NCBI GenBank assembly: GCA_963695555.1
Contig: CAVOGR010000002.1
Span: 384,001-448,000 of the forward strand
Length of the DNA: 64,000 bases
Origin: an uncultured Gemmatimonadales bacterium
GTDB taxonomy: Bacteria; Gemmatimonadota; Gemmatimonadetes; Gemmatimonadales; GWC2-71-9
Reading direction: 5' to 3'
Positions 9,446-18,042 of the stretch are shown here, piece by piece (the first letter of the stretch is position 1; each line of letters starts with the position of its first letter). The translations under genes were made by a program, and so were the position numbers. The notes under the pieces are model-generated. The model was given only the letters and a program-made list of their open reading frames with translations, had not been told where the DNA came from and did no database searches.

Positions 9446-10816
9446 TCACTTACCGACGCAAAATGATGCGAATACGCGGTCGAGCACATCTTCGACGTCC
9501 ACCGCGCCGATGAGTTCGTCCAACGCGCGGACGGCCTCATGAATGTGGTGTGCGGCGAGGACGGCCTCCCCCCGGCCCACCAGCAACGGGCGCGCCTGGC
9601 CCAGGGCCTCCTGCGACCGGCGTAGCGCCTCCCGATGGCGTTCCCGCGTGAGCACGGGCTCCAGGTCTGCGAGCTGCCATTGCTCCGCAAAGGCGACCCG
9701 GGCCACCTCCCTTCGCAGGACGTCGAGACCCGCACCGGTCGTGACGGAGACGGCGATGCCCTCCCCCGCGTCTGCTGCCAGGTCGGCCTTGGTCCGAACC
9801 GCGAGCACTCGAGCGCCCGGACGGAGGCGCTCCTCGGTCGAGTCGCCGTCTCCTGGGTATCCACGGAGCCATGCTTGCTCTTGGTCATCAAATTCGCGGC
9901 CTGCCTCGACGCAAAACAACACCAGGTCGGCTGCATATAGATAGCGCCGGCTCACCTCGATCCCCAGCAGTTCCACCGGCTCTACCACGTGACGCAAACC
10001 CGCCGTGTCGACCAACCGGACCGGCCACCCGTGGAATTCCGTGGCCGACTCGATAGCGTCCCTGGTGGTCCCAGGGATATCGGTCACGATGGCCCGCTCG
10101 AGCCCGAGTAGGCTGTTGAACAACGAGGACTTGCCGGTGTTGGGCCGGCCCGCAAAAACCACCAGAGCTCCTTCACGGATCCGTTCTCCGGCGGGCGCGG
10201 TCGCGATGAGGCCGTCGATCTCGGCCGCCACCCGGTCGAGGTGGTCCGGGGCTCGCGTGGGAACCAGCGGGCCGTCGTCTTCCTCCGGAAAGTCGATGTC
10301 GTAGCTCAGCAAGGCCTCGAGCTCCAGCAGCTCGTCTCGCAACCGTGCCAGGCGCCGTGACAGCGCGCCGTCGAGTTGTTGGAGCGCGAGCCTCGCCTGC
10401 TCGGGCGCCGTCGCGTCGACCAGGTCCCCAACCCCTTCGGCCTGGACCAGGTCCAGCTTGCCGTTCAAGACGGCCCGGCGGGTGAACTCCCCCGGGTAAG
10501 CCTGCCGCGCGCCGGCCGCCCCGAGCGCCGCGATGACCCTCGCGGGCGCCACCAATCCCCCATGGCAGGACAGTTCGACCATGTCCTCCCCGGTATAGCT
10601 CACGGGGCCCGGGAAGACCGTATAGAGGCCACGATCGGCCGGCTGGCCTGTGGCGTCGAGAAACACGGCCAGGGTCGCTCGGCGCGACGGTTCGACGCGG
10701 AAGTGGGAGATGACCTTCGCGGCCACCTCGAAGGCGCCCTCGCCACTCAGACGAATGACGGCGAGCGCGGCCCGCCCCGGCGGTGTTGCCAGGGCCACGA
10801 TGGGATCCGAGAGCAT
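9446..10816 (-). CDS. mnmE: tRNA modification GTPase MnmE
   Basis: 'DPIVALATP', 'SYTGED', 'GRPNTGKSSL', 'GTTRD', 'DTAG', C-terminal 'FCVGK'. Confidence 0.97.
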   Translation of the reverse strand: MLSDPIVALATPPGRAALAVIRLSGEGAFEVAAKVISHFRVEPSRRATLAVFLDATGQPADRGLYTVFPGPVSYTGEDMVELSCHGGLVAPARVIAALGAAGARQAYPGEFTRRAVLNGKLDLVQAEGVGDLVDATAPEQARLALQQLDGALSRRLARLRDELLELEALLSYDIDFPEEDDGPLVPTRAPDHLDRVAAEIDGLIATAPAGERIREGALVVFAGRPNTGKSSLFNSLLGLERAIVTDIPGTTRDAIESATEFHGWPVRLVDTAGLRHVVEPVELLGIEVSRRYLYAADLVLFCVEAGREFDDQEQAWLRGYPGDGDSTEERLRPGARVLAVRTKADLAADAGEGIAVSVTTGAGLDVLRREVARVAFAEQWQLADLEPVLTRERHREALRRSQEALGQARPLLVGRGEAVLAAHHIHEAVRALDELIGAVDVEDVLDRVFASFCVGK

Positions 10817-10841
10817 GCGGAAAGGTAAGAGCGGGGTCCGG

Positions 10842-12566
10842 CTATTTCCTGGGCTTTGCCTTGCCGCTCTTCTTCGACGCGCGTTCGGTGGGGGGTGGGG
10901 CGCCGCCGGGCTTGGCCCGGAGGCGCTCTTGTGCCAGATACCACTGCTGCGGAATGCTCACCATGTTGCTCACGGTGTAGTACAGGTTCAGCCCAGAGGG
11001 GAACCGGACAAAGAGCACCGTCATCATGACCGGCATGATGTACAGCATCATCTTCATCTGCGGATTGGGCGGCACCCCAATTTGGCCAACCTTGCTCATC
11101 GCCCACATGGACAGACCCATGAGCACCGGAATGATGTAGAGCGGGTCTGCCCGGGAGAGGTCCGGGAGCCACAAGAAGGCCACGCCCCGAAGCTCGATGG
11201 TGTTCAAGAACACGAAGAACAAGGCGAACAGCACCGGCATGGGCAGCAGCACTGGCCAGCAACCGCCGAGGGGGTTCACGTTGTGCTCCTTATACAGCTT
11301 GAACACTTCCTGCTGGAGCCGCTGCGGCTCTCCCTTGTACTTCTCTTGAATCTCCTTCATGAGCGGTTGGATAGCCTGCATCCGCAGGCTGGCTCGCATG
11401 CCCTTCTGGTTGAGCGGCCAGAGGACGACGCGGACCAACACGCCGAACACGACCAGCACGAGGCCGTACGTCATGTGCAGGTTTTGGTGCATCCACACCA
11501 AGAGCCATCGGACGCCAACCGCGACGGGGCGAATCAGCGTTCGAATGCCCGGCCAACCGTACGGGTTCACGTCGTCAAAATCATGGCCCACCGCTGCGAG
11601 GCGGGAATACTCCATCGGGCCGAGATAGACGCGATACCGGAAGAGTCCGTCGGATGTGATGGGAACGCTGGCCCACATGTCTGCCGTCTTCGGGTGTTTC
11701 CCTGCATCGGCTGGTGCGGTGGCCGTGACTCCGCTGATTGGCGCCGCGCCGCTATCGAACGCGAACATTGCGGAGACGAAGTATTTCGACTTGATGGCGG
11801 TCCACTCGAAGGGCCCGCTCTCCGTTTTGGTCTCGCCGGGCGTCAGGCTCGACAGCTTGGTCTGCGACGTCTTGATGCTCTTGGTGACCAACCCCATGTC
11901 CCGGTAGTTGCCGGTTGAGTCGGCCTCGGTATTCCGCAACCCGGGCCCAAACCCCACGAGCAACAGCGCCCCGTTCGGACCGATCCCATCGAAACGGCCC
12001 GACACTTCGATCTGGTAGTCATCCGGCCGGAACACATACTGGAGATCGAGAGCAATGCCCTGGCCCGCGGTCGCCAGCGACAGCTCGGTTGCCTGAGCCA
12101 CGTCCAACGCGGTGCCCGCCGAGGGCGTATCGAACATCCAACGGTCGAGATACAGGGTATCCCGCTCTCGGATCAGCCGGAGACCAAGCAGGTCGCTGTC
12201 GGTGCGGAGCAGCTCGAGCGGGCCCGAGTCGTCACCCGGTGCCATGCTACGATACCGGTTGAGGCGCGCCCCGATGAGGCGGGCCCCGCGTGTGCTGATG
12301 TCGTAGGTAGAGAGCGGCGTCCGCGCCGTTACGGTGTCCGAACCCTCGGCGTCCGTAGTGTCCTGGGCCACTGGCGCGGGCATGGCGGGGGCGACCGCCT
12401 CTGCTTGGGCGGATTCGGCGGGCGCCGGCGCAGGCGCCGCAGGCACCGGCGTGGTCGCGACGGAGTCGACCGCCACCGGCGGCGGCGGCGGACGCTGGAA
12501 GATCAGCGATGGAACGACGATGATTGCTATGAAGAGCAACATCGCCAAGAGGAAACGACGATCCAT
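10842..12566 (-). CDS. yidC: Membrane protein insertase YidC
   Basis: 'MDRRFLLA' N-terminal anchor, periplasmic domain, 'NPLGGCWP', 'WLPDLS..DP', 'GLNLYY'; synteny. Confidence 0.96.
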   Translation of the reverse strand: MDRRFLLAMLLFIAIIVVPSLIFQRPPPPPVAVDSVATTPVPAAPAPAPAESAQAEAVAPAMPAPVAQDTTDAEGSDTVTARTPLSTYDISTRGARLIGARLNRYRSMAPGDDSGPLELLRTDSDLLGLRLIRERDTLYLDRWMFDTPSAGTALDVAQATELSLATAGQGIALDLQYVFRPDDYQIEVSGRFDGIGPNGALLLVGFGPGLRNTEADSTGNYRDMGLVTKSIKTSQTKLSSLTPGETKTESGPFEWTAIKSKYFVSAMFAFDSGAAPISGVTATAPADAGKHPKTADMWASVPITSDGLFRYRVYLGPMEYSRLAAVGHDFDDVNPYGWPGIRTLIRPVAVGVRWLLVWMHQNLHMTYGLVLVVFGVLVRVVLWPLNQKGMRASLRMQAIQPLMKEIQEKYKGEPQRLQQEVFKLYKEHNVNPLGGCWPVLLPMPVLFALFFVFLNTIELRGVAFLWLPDLSRADPLYIIPVLMGLSMWAMSKVGQIGVPPNPQMKMMLYIMPVMMTVLFVRFPSGLNLYYTVSNMVSIPQQWYLAQERLRAKPGGAPPPTERASKKSGKAKPRK

Positions 12567-12584
12567 GAAAGCTACTCGAGGCCG

Positions 12585-12815
12585 CTACGGCACGGGGTCG
12601 TACCCACCAGGATGCCAAGGATGGCATCGCACCAGGCGCTTCACACCCAGCCACGCTCCGGTCGTGAGACCGTGACGCGAGATCGCATCGCTGGTGTACT
12701 GGCTGCAGGAGGGCGTGAACCGGCAGGAAGGTGGCAGGAGTGGGGAGATCGTGAGCTGATAGGCTCGGATCAGGGCCAGGGCAAGGTACCGGGGAATCCC
12801 GAGCAAGAGTCGCAT
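12585..12815 (-). CDS. yidD: Membrane protein insertion efficiency factor YidD
   Basis: '[10 protein letters not shown]', '[14 protein letters not shown]'. Confidence 0.95.
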   Translation of the reverse strand: MRLLLGIPRYLALALIRAYQLTISPLLPPSCRFTPSCSQYTSDAISRHGLTTGAWLGVKRLVRCHPWHPGGYDPVP

Positions 12816-12821
12816 CTCGAC

Positions 12822-13175
12822 CTATGACTCCGCCGTCAACCCATCACGCCACCCCAGCAGCTCGTCCCGGAGGACGCCGGGCGAGGCACGGTAGGCGGCT
12901 GGCTTGGCGCGAATGACGAGGTCCTGGCTCCCCTGCTCCGCTTGGACGTCGGTGCGCCACAGCTCGCGGAGGCGGCGGCGCAGTCGATTGCGGGCCACCG
13001 CGGTCGAGCGGTATTTGGGGACCACGAGCCCCAGTCGGGGGCAATTCAGGGTGTTTGGCTGCCAGATCATCTCGAGATGCTCCGTGCGATAGCGGCGCCC
13101 TTCCCTCATCGTGCGCCGGATGTCGTTACCCCGACTCAGCCGGCGGGATCGCGGGAATTGCCGCTCGGTCGTCAG
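12822..13175 (-). CDS. rnpA: Ribonuclease P protein component (probable CTG start at 13175)
   Basis: '[13 protein letters not shown]' RNR motif; the conserved 'FPRSRRL' N-terminus lies upstream of the first ATG (13109); synteny rpmH-rnpA-yidD. Confidence 0.9.
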   Translation of the reverse strand: MTTERQFPRSRRLSRGNDIRRTMREGRRYRTEHLEMIWQPNTLNCPRLGLVVPKYRSTAVARNRLRRRLRELWRTDVQAEQGSQDLVIRAKPAAYRASPGVLRDELLGWRDGLTAES

Positions 13176-13333
13176 GAGCCTCCGTGTTTCGACGGGATCG
13201 AGACGGTGAGCCGTTTGCGGCCCTTCTTCCGACGGCGGGACAACACGGCCCGGCCCCAGCGCGTGGCCATCCGGGCGCGGAATCCGTGTCGGTTGACCCG
13301 GCGGCGGTTACGAGGCCGATAGGATGGTTTCAT
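13172..13333 (-). CDS. rpmH: 50S ribosomal protein L34 (53 aa, below the ORF-track cutoff)
   Basis: Hand translation [58 protein letters not shown] upstream. Confidence 0.96.
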   Translation of the reverse strand: MKPSYRPRNRRRVNRHGFRARMATRWGRAVLSRRRKKGRKRLTVSIPSKHGGS

Positions 13334-13361
13334 GAATCTGATGCCTCCAAATGAGGCGGAA

Positions 13362-13391
13362 AAGCTAGTCCTGCAAGGGGGTAGGGGTCAA
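13362..13391 (-). promoter_or_regulatory. Putative sigma-70 promoter of the rpmH operon
   Basis: TTGACC-18 nt-TAGCTT on the minus strand. Confidence 0.5.
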
Positions 13392-13393
13392 GG

Positions 13394-13422
13394 TTGACTT
13401 TTCCACATCCGGCCCGTAGAAT
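13394..13422 (+). promoter_or_regulatory. Putative dnaA promoter with an embedded DnaA box
   Basis: TTGACT-17 nt-TAGAAT; TTTTCCACA (13399-13407) matches TTWTNCACA. Confidence 0.65.
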
Positions 13423-13460
13423 CGGCAGCCCTTGATCAACTCCTCGCCCAGCAAATCTGA

Positions 13461-14858
13461 ATGTCGCTGCAACTGACTGCGAAAGAGGCATGGAAGCAAA
13501 TCCTCGAGTCCGCCCATCGAGAGCTTCCGGATCATGCCGTCCGCACCTGGCTCGATCCCACCGAGGCGATTGCCTTGGACGAGGAACGGCTCATCATCGG
13601 CGCGCCGGATCAATTCGCCGTCGAGTGGAACGAAACCAAGCATGCGCAGATTCTCTCGAAGCTGGCTGAGCCGGTCCTGGGCCGGACAATGGCCGTGGTC
13701 TTCCGGGTCCAGGAAGATCGCCAAAAGCGACCGCAGATGGACTTCTTCGTAGCCCCCCTCTCCGAAGCGGGCACACCCGCGGTCGGGCCGGACGATGCAC
13801 CCATCCAGCCACTCAACGAACGATACTCGTTCGACACCTTCGTCATCGGAAAATCCAACGAGCTGGCCGCCGCTGCGGCCCACGCGGTGGCTGAAGCGCC
13901 GGGAAAGACCTACAACCCGCTCTTCATTTACGGGTCGACGGGGCTTGGAAAGACCCATTTGATGCAGGCTATCGCCCACTCGGTATCGAAGCGCGATCCC
14001 GCAAGCCGCATCCTCTATGTCGGGGCGGAGCAGTTCATCAACGAAGTGATCGAGAGCATCCACGGCCGGACGATGCCGGAGTTCCGGCGACGCTACCGCA
14101 ACGAGGTGGACCTTTTCCTCGTGGACGACGTGCACTTCCTGGAGGGCAAGGAGATGACCCAGGAAGAGTTCTTTCACACCTTCAACGCACTATATGAGGG
14201 AAACAAGCAGATCGTCCTCACCTCGGATCGCCCGCCGAAGGAACTCCCTGGCCTCGAGGCCCGACTGGTCAGCCGCTTCGAATGGGGCATGGTGGCCGAC
14301 ATCGGCCAACCCGACCTCGAGCACCGGATTGCCATCCTGCGCAAGAAACAGGAACAAGACCACCTCGAGCTGACCATTCCCGACGATGTGCTCCGCTTTA
14401 TTGCCGAGCATGTCCGATCCAACGTGCGCGAACTCGAGGGGTGCATCATCAAGCTCCTCCTCTTCGCCTCGCTCAAACACCGTGAAATCACCACCGACCT
14501 CGCCCGCGAGGCCCTGGCGGACAAGATCCGAGAAGGGGAAGAGGGTGCCCCACCGCCCACCAAGTCCATGCCCACGATCGGCCGGGTCCAGGAGGTCGTG
14601 GCCAGACGGTGGGGAGTCACGCCGGAGGGGCTCCGTTCGAAAGCGCGAATCAAGACACTGACGGTTCCGCGGCAAGTCGCCATGTACTTGGCGCGCGAGC
14701 TCCTCCAGATGCAACTGGTCGAGATTGGGCACGCCTTTGGTGGGCGGGATCATTCCACCGTCATCCACAGTGTGGACAAAGTCCACAAGCTGATGTCCCG
14801 GGATCGCCAGTACAAAGAGCGGGTCGAGCAGGCGCGCCAAGAGTTGTTAGCTCAATAA
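13461..14858 (+). CDS. dnaA: Chromosomal replication initiator DnaA
   Basis: 'YNPLFIYGSTGLGKTHL', 'QEEFFHTFN', 'SRFEWG', 'NVRELEG', 'GGRDHSTVIHS'. Confidence 0.98.
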   Translation: MSLQLTAKEAWKQILESAHRELPDHAVRTWLDPTEAIALDEERLIIGAPDQFAVEWNETKHAQILSKLAEPVLGRTMAVVFRVQEDRQKRPQMDFFVAPLSEAGTPAVGPDDAPIQPLNERYSFDTFVIGKSNELAAAAAHAVAEAPGKTYNPLFIYGSTGLGKTHLMQAIAHSVSKRDPASRILYVGAEQFINEVIESIHGRTMPEFRRRYRNEVDLFLVDDVHFLEGKEMTQEEFFHTFNALYEGNKQIVLTSDRPPKELPGLEARLVSRFEWGMVADIGQPDLEHRIAILRKKQEQDHLELTIPDDVLRFIAEHVRSNVRELEGCIIKLLLFASLKHREITTDLAREALADKIREGEEGAPPPTKSMPTIGRVQEVVARRWGVTPEGLRSKARIKTLTVPRQVAMYLARELLQMQLVEIGHAFGGRDHSTVIHSVDKVHKLMSRDRQYKERVEQARQELLAQ

Positions 14859-15070
14859 TCGTTTGGGAGGATGTTTGAGGTGTTGGTAATCTGGAGAGTC
14901 TGGGCGCCACGGAGTTCTTTTGCCCATCGCCAACAGGCTGTCGACAGCCCTTGGGTGGGATAGAAGCAGATGGCGGTGACGGTTGCCCATTACGTCCACA
15001 TTTCCAGACCCTCTACTAGTACTACTAGGTATTTCTTATACTAGAAGTTGGTTCTTTTCTTAGCCTGTTC
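14859..15070. other. Probable oriC (DnaA-trio tract and AT-rich unwinding element)
   Basis: dnaA-dnaN intergenic; degenerate boxes at about 14992-15008 followed by CTACTAGTACTACTAG and an AT-rich tract. Confidence 0.65.
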
Positions 15071-15080
15071 GAGGAGTGGC

Positions 15081-16193
15081 ATGAAGCTCACGATCACGCG
15101 TGAACAGCTCCAGGAAGGTTTGGTTGCTGTAGCCGCCAGTGTGCCTGCGAAGACGACGCTGCCCGTGTTGTCCAATGTCTTGCTCGAAGCTGGGTCGAAC
15201 GGATTGCATCTTTCCGGAACCGACCTGGACATCGCGGTGTCGACTAGTGTCGCGGCGTCGGTCGAAGACGAGGGAGCCATCACCCTTCCTGCCCGGAAAC
15301 TGGTCGAGATCGTTCGAGAGCTTCCGAGTGCGTCCATCCGGCTGGCGACCGCCGGTGAGCAGCGAGTCACGATCGAGTGCGGCCGCTCGAGGTTCAAGCT
15401 CCTCGGCCTGCCCCGGGAGGAGTTCCCAGCCTTTCCCGCGGTCGATTTCTCACGTGGCTGGAGAGCCTCCGCGAAGGATCTGCATAAGCTGATCACCCAC
15501 GTCGCTTTTGCAGCGAGCACCGAAGAAAGTCGGCCCATCCTTAACGGAGTCCTGTGGGAACTCCGTGCCGAGCGCATGCGGATGGTGGCGACCAACGGCC
15601 ACCGACTTGCCCGGATGGATATTCCGGTGGCCGGTGGGGGTGGCGAGGAGGCGGATCTCATCGTCCCGCCCAAGGCCCTCGAGCAAATCCGCCGGCTCTT
15701 CAAGCCCGACGACGAGGTCGAGATTGCCAAAACCGAGAACCACCTCGGGTTCCGGTCGAGTAGCACCCAGGTCTTTACGCGCCTCATCGAGGGACCGTAC
15801 CCCAACTACGAACAGGTCATCCCGCGCGAAAACGACAAGATCGCGACGGTCGACAAGGCCGCTCTGACCGCCGCGCTCCGACGCATGAGCATCGTGGCGA
15901 GCGACCAGACGCATCGAGTCCGCCTCGCCTTTGCAAACGGCAGCTGCAAGCTGTCGGTCCAAACCCCCGACCTGGGCGAGGCTCAAGAGGAAATCACCAT
16001 CACCTACGATGGCAGCCCCCTCGAAATCGGGTTCAACGCGTCCTATTTCCTGGAGATTTTGAAGTACATCCCCACCGACGAGGTCCGGATGACCTACAAG
16101 GCTCCCGAGAGGGCTGCGACCTGCGAGCCGGTGGGGTGGGATGACCCGGCCTCCTTTCTTGCGCTGGTGATGCCGCTGCGGCTCGTGGACTGA
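15081..16193 (+). CDS. dnaN: DNA polymerase III beta sliding clamp
   Basis: 'LPVLSNVLL', 'GTDLD', 'VATNGHRLA', 'RLIEGPYPNY', 'MPLRL'; GAGGAG SD. Confidence 0.97.
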   Translation: MKLTITREQLQEGLVAVAASVPAKTTLPVLSNVLLEAGSNGLHLSGTDLDIAVSTSVAASVEDEGAITLPARKLVEIVRELPSASIRLATAGEQRVTIECGRSRFKLLGLPREEFPAFPAVDFSRGWRASAKDLHKLITHVAFAASTEESRPILNGVLWELRAERMRMVATNGHRLARMDIPVAGGGGEEADLIVPPKALEQIRRLFKPDDEVEIAKTENHLGFRSSSTQVFTRLIEGPYPNYEQVIPRENDKIATVDKAALTAALRRMSIVASDQTHRVRLAFANGSCKLSVQTPDLGEAQEEITITYDGSPLEIGFNASYFLEILKYIPTDEVRMTYKAPERAATCEPVGWDDPASFLALVMPLRLVD

Positions 16194-16325
16194 TGGTGTA
16201 GGGAGCCGGGCCCAGCCCAAAGAAGAGCGTGCCGGTCAACCCCATCTTGCGACCGGGAACCTCCTCTACGCTGATAGTGGTAGGTGCTACTAATGGCCGG
16301 AAGGCCTTAGGCTAGACGGATCGCC

Positions 16326-17222
16326 TCAGTCCGTCTCTGGCTCGGGGAGCCGGAGGATGCGGTAGTGACTGAGTTGCCGCACGGCCACTTTCTGGCCCAC
16401 GGCTGGGACCGAGAACAACAAGTCGAAGGTCTCCTTGCCCTCGCTCCTGAGGAAGCGGCCCCACAGGTCGACGTAGGTAGTAGTCGAGTCTAGCCCCCTG
16501 CCCGTCTCTTCGATAACCTCGCCCGTCCGGGTACTGCTTCCTTGCCGCTCGAGATGGGACTCGGTCTCGATGCGGAGGGTCGGCGGCTCGTCCGTACTGA
16601 GCGCGGATGCTCGGGAGTGGCTCTCAACCCGGTCCGATTGGGTGACCGAAAGCCCAGCGACGCTGATCTGTGCGGAATCGGTCCATTCCATGTCCGGCCG
16701 CACCCCGCCGAGGGGCTGGGCCGGGAAGAAGCGCCGGGCCAATTCGGCGCTCAACCGCTCGCCGAAGGCTGAGGGAGGACCTACCACAAGGCCCCCCAAC
16801 CCGCCGGTCGGTCCCATCTCTCCCGACCATTGGACCTGACGGAGGCTGTCTAACGCCGGCTGGTAGGTAGTGCCGGGCTCCTGTCTGATGGAATCAAGGC
16901 GGAGCTCCACCCGATAGGTGCTGTCTAGGGGCTCGAGGGCGACGGTGAGAAAGACGGTTCGGCCGTGGACCTCCGTTTGGGACCCGGTCGGCAGCCGGTA
17001 CTCGATGCTGTCGAGGCGATGGTAGCTGTATGAGCCCCCAGACGCTGGGTGGTAGCGGAAGTCGCGCTCGGCGGTGTCGGCCTGCTCCAGCTGGACTCCG
17101 GGGCGCGCAGGGACCGGTCGACGGACGATGTCTCTCGATCCTGTCGTGCAGGCAGCCGAGAGGAGCGCCAATGCCGCGACCGGCATGAGGCGTGAGGAGG
17201 GATACATGGAGGGGATGGCCAC
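16326..17222 (-). CDS. Hypothetical beta-rich lipoprotein
   Basis: Signal peptide with lipobox 'LLSAAC'; start could be 17222, 17207 or a later ATG. Confidence 0.6.
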   Translation of the reverse strand: MAIPSMYPSSRLMPVAALALLSAACTTGSRDIVRRPVPARPGVQLEQADTAERDFRYHPASGGSYSYHRLDSIEYRLPTGSQTEVHGRTVFLTVALEPLDSTYRVELRLDSIRQEPGTTYQPALDSLRQVQWSGEMGPTGGLGGLVVGPPSAFGERLSAELARRFFPAQPLGGVRPDMEWTDSAQISVAGLSVTQSDRVESHSRASALSTDEPPTLRIETESHLERQGSSTRTGEVIEETGRGLDSTTTYVDLWGRFLRSEGKETFDLLFSVPAVGQKVAVRQLSHYRILRLPEPETD

Positions 17223-17227
17223 GATCT

Positions 17228-17467
17228 TCAGTCCTTTCGATCACCGAGCGGCGGCGCGCGGCGGGTCTTCCCAAAAATGGCCACGAGTTCCGTGTCGTCG
17301 CTATGGACCCGCAGGAGCTGCCATCCCTTACGGGCCATATCGGCACGCCAGGTAGGTAACTTCTCCCACTCACCAGGCTTGGCCCGGAGCACGCGGAGTT
17401 CCGCCTGGGTTTCCCAGTCCTTGGGGTATGGCGGCTGGTTCTTGCCGGAGTGATGCGGTTCGGCCAT
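17228..17467 (-). CDS. Small hypothetical protein (79 aa)
   Basis: GAGAGGA SD, globular-looking composition, co-oriented with its neighbours. Confidence 0.6.
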   Translation of the reverse strand: MAEPHHSGKNQPPYPKDWETQAELRVLRAKPGEWEKLPTWRADMARKGWQLLRVHSDDTELVAIFGKTRRAPPLGDRKD

Positions 17468-17561
17468 CGTCCTCTCGGGCGTTCACAACGTTGTTGCGGG
17501 GAAGAAACCTAGGGGCGGGGTCACTAGCCTGACAAGCCGGTCCGACGGGTGCGTTCAATAT

Positions 17562-17596
17562 GCGTTCGCCCCGGAATGGTGCTCCGGGGCGAACGC
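17562..17596 (-). terminator. 14-bp perfect hairpin at the 3' end of rnpB
   Basis: GCGTTCGCCCCGGA-7 nt-TCCGGGGCGAACGC; only a weak U-tract. Confidence 0.55.
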
Positions 17597-17976
17597 GAGA
17601 GGTCGTGCCGTAAGCCGAGTTCTGTTCGTCCGCAAGCGGACGGATGGTCATCTATCTGGGATGGCCGTCACCGGCCACCTCGAGCGACCTACCCGCGGCT
17701 ACCCAGGAGACCTGGACGGTGTGGGTCACACCTTGCCGCTTACTTGGTCTTGCTCCGGCTGGGGGTTACCGTGCCACCGCTGTTACCAGCGGCGCGGTGG
17801 GCTCTTACCCCACCTTTTCACCCTTACCCCCTGAGGGGCGGTATCTTTTCTGTGGCCCTTACCGTCGCCTCTCGGCGCCCAGGCGTTACCTGGCAGCCTA
17901 CCCGATGGAGCTCGGACTTTCCTCGGCGCCCGCCTCGTGAGAGGACCAACGCCGCGACCATCACGCACGACCCTCG
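17596..17976 (-). ncRNA. rnpB: RNase P RNA, type A
   Basis: Minus strand has GAGGAAAGTCCGAGCTCC, GGTAAGGGTGAAAAGGTGGGGTAAGAGCCCACC, GAGCAAGACCAAG and ACAGAACTCGGCTTA; termini pair as P1. Confidence 0.96.
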
Positions 17977-18042
17977 CTGGTATGTGGAATCTAGCCCCCC
18001 GCCCGGTTCCGAGCCATGCGGTCTGGACACGCGCCGTGAGGC

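Noticed and set aside
13172..13340. Thermus-style rnpA reading through the whole of rpmH
   Set aside because: An in-frame TAA occurs early in the rnpA frame within rpmH
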